DNA of 54,222 nucleotides, counting the filler, from Sphacelaria rigidula (taxonomy: Eukaryota), in NCBI GenBank assembly GCA_964200075.2. It is 5 parts of 5 records of this genome, joined end to end, with 100 filler letters (N's around TTAATTAATTAA, not from the genome) between each part and the next. Parts side by side here need not be neighbours in the genome. Positions count along the whole stretch, not along the records: positions 43,459 to 54,222 come from CAXNAA020005959.1; 4 more parts are not named here. The stretch is one strand, 5' to 3'. This document shows positions 49,558-54,222 of the stretch, piece after piece. The notes beneath the pieces were generated by a model. It saw only the letters and a list, made by a program, of their open reading frames with translations, did no database searches and was not told the DNA's origin. Position numbers and translations under genes: made by a program. Position 1 is the first letter of the stretch; each line of letters begins with the position of its first letter.

Positions 49558-50378
49558 GGTGTACACACGCTTTTGGATTGGGGGAAAATAGCGAGCGAGA
49601 AAACTCGCCCCAATTGGTTGTGCGCGATGTCACTCACATGTGTCCAGACGATTTTCACAAATGCCCGGCAAAAACCGGAGGATCGGATATGGAAGTTATG
49701 AATCCAGGGGAATATCACCCCTCATCGCAAAGCTGTTCACACGTTGATGACGAAATGCAATATTCGGCGCGTGGCACAAAGCTCGATAGCCCACAGCGTA
49801 GATCTCGATCAGCTCGCAGGTCGTGGCCTTGGTTGTGTCTCAATCTGCCGCGAACTGGAGCGGCTCGTTTGTTTCTCCTCATGACTATTGCGTAAGTCCG
49901 ACTGACGGTGTGGATCGTGATGAATACCGGCGCTACTGTACCTCAGGATTGGCCTCGTAGCGAAGTTGGAGACCTCTCTCTTTGGGGTACCCTGAGCATA
50001 TTGTGGTCACATGAAAAATCGCATGAGGGGCACCAGAATGTTTTAAACCACAATGGCACCGCGCAATCATCACAACAAATATTCTGTTCAATGAACTTCC
50101 AAGGGCGTGTTGGGTGGGGTATATACCCGATATCTCGGTAGTCCGCGAAGTAAAGATCCGATCCATGTCCACAGCACGAACCAGTCCGGTGCTCTTGTCC
50201 CCTCTCTGAAGCCCATACAGGTCATGATGACTGACTAAAGCAGGTGACGCGCGACTCAACATACGAAAATATCGGGTATACCCTATCCGAGACGCCCCCG
50301 TTAACCCCGCCCTAATAACAAGTGGGGCAGTTGGTTCGATGTGGGGGCGCTTTGTGTGGGAATGAGCATAGATTTCAT

Positions 50379-50631
50379 GGCCCGGACAAACCATCGCCGG
50401 TTCAAATCACTGAATCACCCATCTTTCGGACCTGACAGGTTAAAAGAGAGAGGAAAGTTGAACGCTGGTACAAAAGGTCTCCACGCACTTTTCGCGCCAT
50501 TCCGCGTGCCTATGCCGCGAGTATGTGGGCTGCAACGCTGAATACGAAGTTCGATGATTTATTCGTGCCGTACGAATCAAATCCACAGTAAGCCAGTAAT
50601 ATCCAGACGAATCGTTGATTTCGTCCGACCC
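50379..50631 (+). mobile_element. ~250-bp MITE, copy 2
   Basis: Homologous to 27390-27642. Confidence 0.7.
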
Positions 50632-51139
50632 TGGGAACCATACCGGGACGTGAGTCGAGTTTTTTCCATCGTATGACACAACGGTTGATCTTTTTCCATA
50701 ACACTGCACCCCCTCCTTTTCTTGGCCTTCCGGAGAATTTAGACATGGATACTGAATCACCATGAAAGCAACGTGACGTTGCAAGCAGGTACATTGCTCA
50801 TGTCTAGCACGGGAACAATTGGTTTTATAGACCAATATTTTCGTGCACCTGAACTCCTGGTATCAACCGTTTCACTGGTGTTTTGTAGTCACCAACCACA
50901 TGAAGTCCACGTTACTGACCAACTAAAACTCGTCAAATCTCTCGGAAACAGACTACGTTCCTCCTCTAACAGCTGAGGCAGTTTCATTCATCATAGTCCG
51001 GCTACGTCTGATGGCATAAAAAACTGGAATTGTATAGGTCGCCCCCCCCCCCCCCCCGCCACCCGCCCCGGCGTACTCCGTCCCGGCTTTATAGGGACGC
51101 CCCCCCCTGTGGGGCTGGCGTCGGTCGGCAATGACGCTG

Positions 51140-51573
51140 AAGAACACGCCTCTCACTGCGTGAGCTGGGCAACCAGGTTACCGACTTTTTTTGCGCGCTC
51201 GCGTTTTTTTGCGGTAGACATGACGGTTGTCGAGCTAGATCATATTGTTCGGGGCGGTAGAACCCCAATTGCGCATAGAGGGGATTATCACACTGCGTAT
51301 TATTTACATGGTGAGACACATTAAGTGACGATGCCAGAAAAAGGAGTAAATTACTGGAGGCTGTCATCCATATGCAAGATTATCAGTGCGCTTCGGGCCT
51401 GACAATCTTCGCAGAATGCAGCCCACCACTCATGCGACTCCCCGAACACACCAGGGCGCTTGACGCTTGGTGATTGAGGGCAAGCCTGGTCGGGCAAAAA
51501 CCGGGCGTGCCCCGTTTTGGCTTCGTAGCGAGGTCGATGGTCTCATGATTACAGCACCAGAAATATTGAGTAC
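51140..51573 (+). mobile_element. LINE family B, long 3' fragment
   Basis: Homologous to 49085-49557; ends TTGAGTAC. Confidence 0.6.
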
Positions 51574-51898
51574 GTTTGTATATGTCTCGTCCGCCGGTAA
51601 GAATTCCCCGGCTGTCATGCATGGGGGCGCATGAACAGTACGTACGCGATCTTATGCGAATATTTTGACTTGGCCGCAGTTTCATGCAAGGGTACAGCAC
51701 CGTTCGTTCATCAGCGTATCCCCTTTCCCCGCCCCGCCCACGCCACCTTGCACCCATATCACTGTCGCTGCTTGTCTCCCTTCACCCTGTAAATATTTTG
51801 CCTCTCTGAACCATTTTGTCTTGCTCCACTGTCCTCGCCTTTGTGCAACCAATGTTTCACTTTCTTACTTTTTTTCCTCTACAGTCTCATCTTTCATC

Positions 51899-51997
51899 AT
51901 GTTCCGACTTTCTGCTGTGATGGTTCTCCTCGCCGGGCTGGTGTCGTTGTCTACCGCTGCAGTCGTCGATGAGCCGCAAGAAGTAACCATCGGCATG
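51899..51997 (+). CDS. First coding exon of a putative secreted protein
   Basis: Pyrimidine tract-ACAG acceptor at 51884, ATG at 51899, signal-peptide-like MFRLSAVMVLLAGLVSLSTA-AVVDEPQEVTIGM, GTGAGT donor; no downstream exon identified. Confidence 0.55.
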
Positions 51998-52253
51998 GTG
52001 AGTCTTGGCTGCTGTTTCGTTTTTATCTCCAGCGATGCCTGAATGCCATCTTAATTCCGAATCCCCTCATGGTTACCTTCCTAATCCATTGACGGGTGGT
52101 TCAAGTAGGTCATGTGGACGCACTTCGTGGTTGTTGCTCTGTCTGAACTTCGCCGAAAATTCTGTAAAGTGGGTGGCCGTCACAGAATTCGACAGTTATC
52201 GGCGGACGTATTCCGCATGCCGCGCGCAAGCGAAGAAACTTGTCCCCCCCCCT

Positions 52254-52297
52254 GTGGTAAATGGCCGAACGGCTAAAACAAGCAACAAATGAGTACG
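52254..52297 (+). mobile_element. LINE 3' end, family A (short)
   Basis: GTGGTAAATGGCCGAACGGCTAAAACAAGCAACAAATGAGTAC after a C-run. Confidence 0.6.
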
Positions 52298-52354
52298 CGC
52301 GCCGCCCCTCCCTCCATGATGAGTACCCTCCGGGCCGAACACACATACAGTTCA

Positions 52355-52508
52355 CCTTTCATGCGACTCGCCGAACACATCACGGGCCGCTTCGCGCTTA
52401 GTGATTAATTGCGAGCCTGGTCCGGCGAAAACCCGGCGTGCTCCACCCCGACCTTGTGGGGATGCGAGGTCAAAGGTCATAAAACTATGGCATGCAAGGT
52501 GATGAGTC
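52355..52508 (+). mobile_element. LINE family B 3' fragment
   Basis: GCGAGCCTGGTCCGGCGAAAACCCGGCGTGCTCC...GGATGCGAGGTCAA...GGCATGCAAGGTGATGAGT, followed by a C-rich tract. Confidence 0.6.
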
Positions 52509-53180
52509 TCCCTCCCCTCCTCAAGATCGAAAGTACTGCAGGACTTCATACCCTGGACAAGAAATGAACAAGACAAGAGATATATTGCGTACAGCATCGA
52601 ATATTGCGCCTATTGCAACAAAGGGAAGGTTTTACACTGTACGTAATACATTTCCTGACAATCGAATCTTTTGTTCGGGGTGTGCAGGATTTCACGTGGC
52701 GTAGCCTGTGTAAAGTTTGCTTACGCAATACGAAGATGTGCTGCACAAAAGTTGTAACGCTTGAGGCGCATGTCTTACGGGGATGGGCGCGTTTCCCTTC
52801 AAATCTGATATTTTGAAATAATCTCAACAACGCATCACCCATTCCCAAACAGCCCCACCCCCACCTCCCCCCCCGCGAAACCCCCGCCACGCACAGTGAG
52901 CGACCGGCAGATTANNNNNNNNNNTTTTTGGGGGGTGGGCGCTTTTCCCTTCAAATCTGATATTTTTAAATAATCCCAACAACGCATCCCCTACCCCCCC
53001 CCCCCCCCCCTCCTCTTGTGGGATTTAGTCTTCATGGAAGAAAAAAGACGGGTCATGAAAATACAAGTTAGTACAAGTTGGAGATGTCCACAAGGCATTT
53101 AGTCCGATTGGATCTCTTTTTAGACCGTACGCCAAGTGCCCTACAAGGGATGACAGGTGAGATATTCCGGAATTCTTACA

Positions 53181-53427
53181 CGGTTCGGACCAATCATCGC
53201 CGGATCGAATCACTGAATTCACGATTTCTTAGCCTGATAGACCACAGAAGATGAAAAAATCGACCGCTAGTCAAACACGTCTCCACGCAACCTTTGCTCC
53301 AGTCCGCGTGCCTGGGCTGCGCGTACCTAGGTTACAACGCCGAAAACAAAGCGGAAGGATCGATTCGTACGACTACGTCACACGAAAACCGATTAATTTC
53401 CGGACGCATCATTGATTCGTCCGACCC
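53181..53427 (+). mobile_element. ~250-bp MITE, copy 3
   Basis: Homologous to 27390-27642 and 50379-50631. Confidence 0.7.
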
Positions 53428-54056
53428 ATAGGTTCTTGCAAGATATCCCAGTGAAGAAGCAAAAATGGTATCCCCGCAAGGGACGTGCCGAGCTGGAACG
53501 CGCAATACCAATCTTGCGTTTCCAGTACAAACAGTTCATGCGATATTGTCTTCCCGTTGTCCAAAAACACTGGAAAAAAAAATCAAGAACAAACAATATT
53601 GAAAAAAAAATATGTTCCAACTTCCACGATGTTCATTCAACTGGACATTTTTCCACCTGGAAGAAATCCCACGCAACGAAACTTCTACGATATAATCCTA
53701 CATCCTTTGAAAATGGCCTCAATACTCAGTCGCCTCCTTGGAATCGCACATTTCGAACTAATAATTTTCGGAAGATACAAAATGAGGCCACCGACGTAGT
53801 CCACGAACAGCCGTATTTCCTCTCCCCAAGTCTACTGGTGCAGACGGTGGGCAATATGAAAATCTTGCAATGAGCGTCGTTGTCGAGGAAAACCTCTTCA
53901 AGAAACAAAGGCCAACAGTAACCCGAAAAAATCTCTCGCGCATCACCTCAACAGTGTTCTTTCTTTTCATATCCCGAAAAGGGGCCCGGTATCGTCACTA
54001 GTATAATCTCTAGTCCTCCTCTTGTTTCGGTAAATATTATCATGCCCCCCATCCGG

Positions 54057-54140
54057 TAATGAGCGCCAGAATGTTGGAGGTGTCTCTATTAGGAGTAGGA
54101 ACGGTGCTCCGTCTCGAAAGGCAAGCAACAAATGAGTACG
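54057..54140 (+). mobile_element. LINE 3' end, family A (internal deletion)
   Basis: AATGAGCGCCAGAATGTTGGAGGTGTCTCTATTAGGAGTAGGAACGGTGCTCCGTCTCGAAAG-GCAAGCAACAAATGAGTACG, with GCCCCCCA near both ends. Confidence 0.7.
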
Positions 54141-54222
54141 CCCCCCACCTCCCCCCCACCCCAACCATAACCCAACCACGACACACGAAGAGGAACCAAC
54201 ACAACAGACAGTGCAGCTCTAA

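Noticed and set aside
52781..53010. Direct repeat of ~65 bp on either side of a 10-N gap
   Set aside because: Most likely the same sequence assembled twice around a poly-C read dropout
53412..53873. 153-aa ORF
   Set aside because: Starts within a MITE, is A-rich, and has no domain or splice support

Overview
This is eukaryotic, intron-rich, transposon-rich DNA. Splice signals and TE types are consistent with a stramenopile, probably a brown alga (inference). It is not one locus: four identical 100-bp linkers (44 N + TTAATTAATTAA + 44 N) split it into five pieces of 10765, 10765, 10764, 10764 and 10764 bp, so it looks like unrelated, size-sorted scaffolds joined together. Host genes I can support are two exons of a GMC (glucose-methanol-choline) oxidoreductase (piece 1), the last seven exons of exportin-1/CRM1 (piece 3), and a signal-peptide first coding exon (piece 5). 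The rest is mostly decayed mobile DNA: Copia, Gypsy, an RTE LINE, a pogo transposase and many MITE/foldback elements. Two related LINE 3'-end families share a structured terminus and sit in C-runs. The most unusual candidate is a decayed KDZ-type transposase directly followed by PIF1-like helicase motifs (piece 2). Two long, decayed coding-like blocks (pieces 4 and 5) could not be identified. No rRNA, tRNA or CRISPR array was seen.
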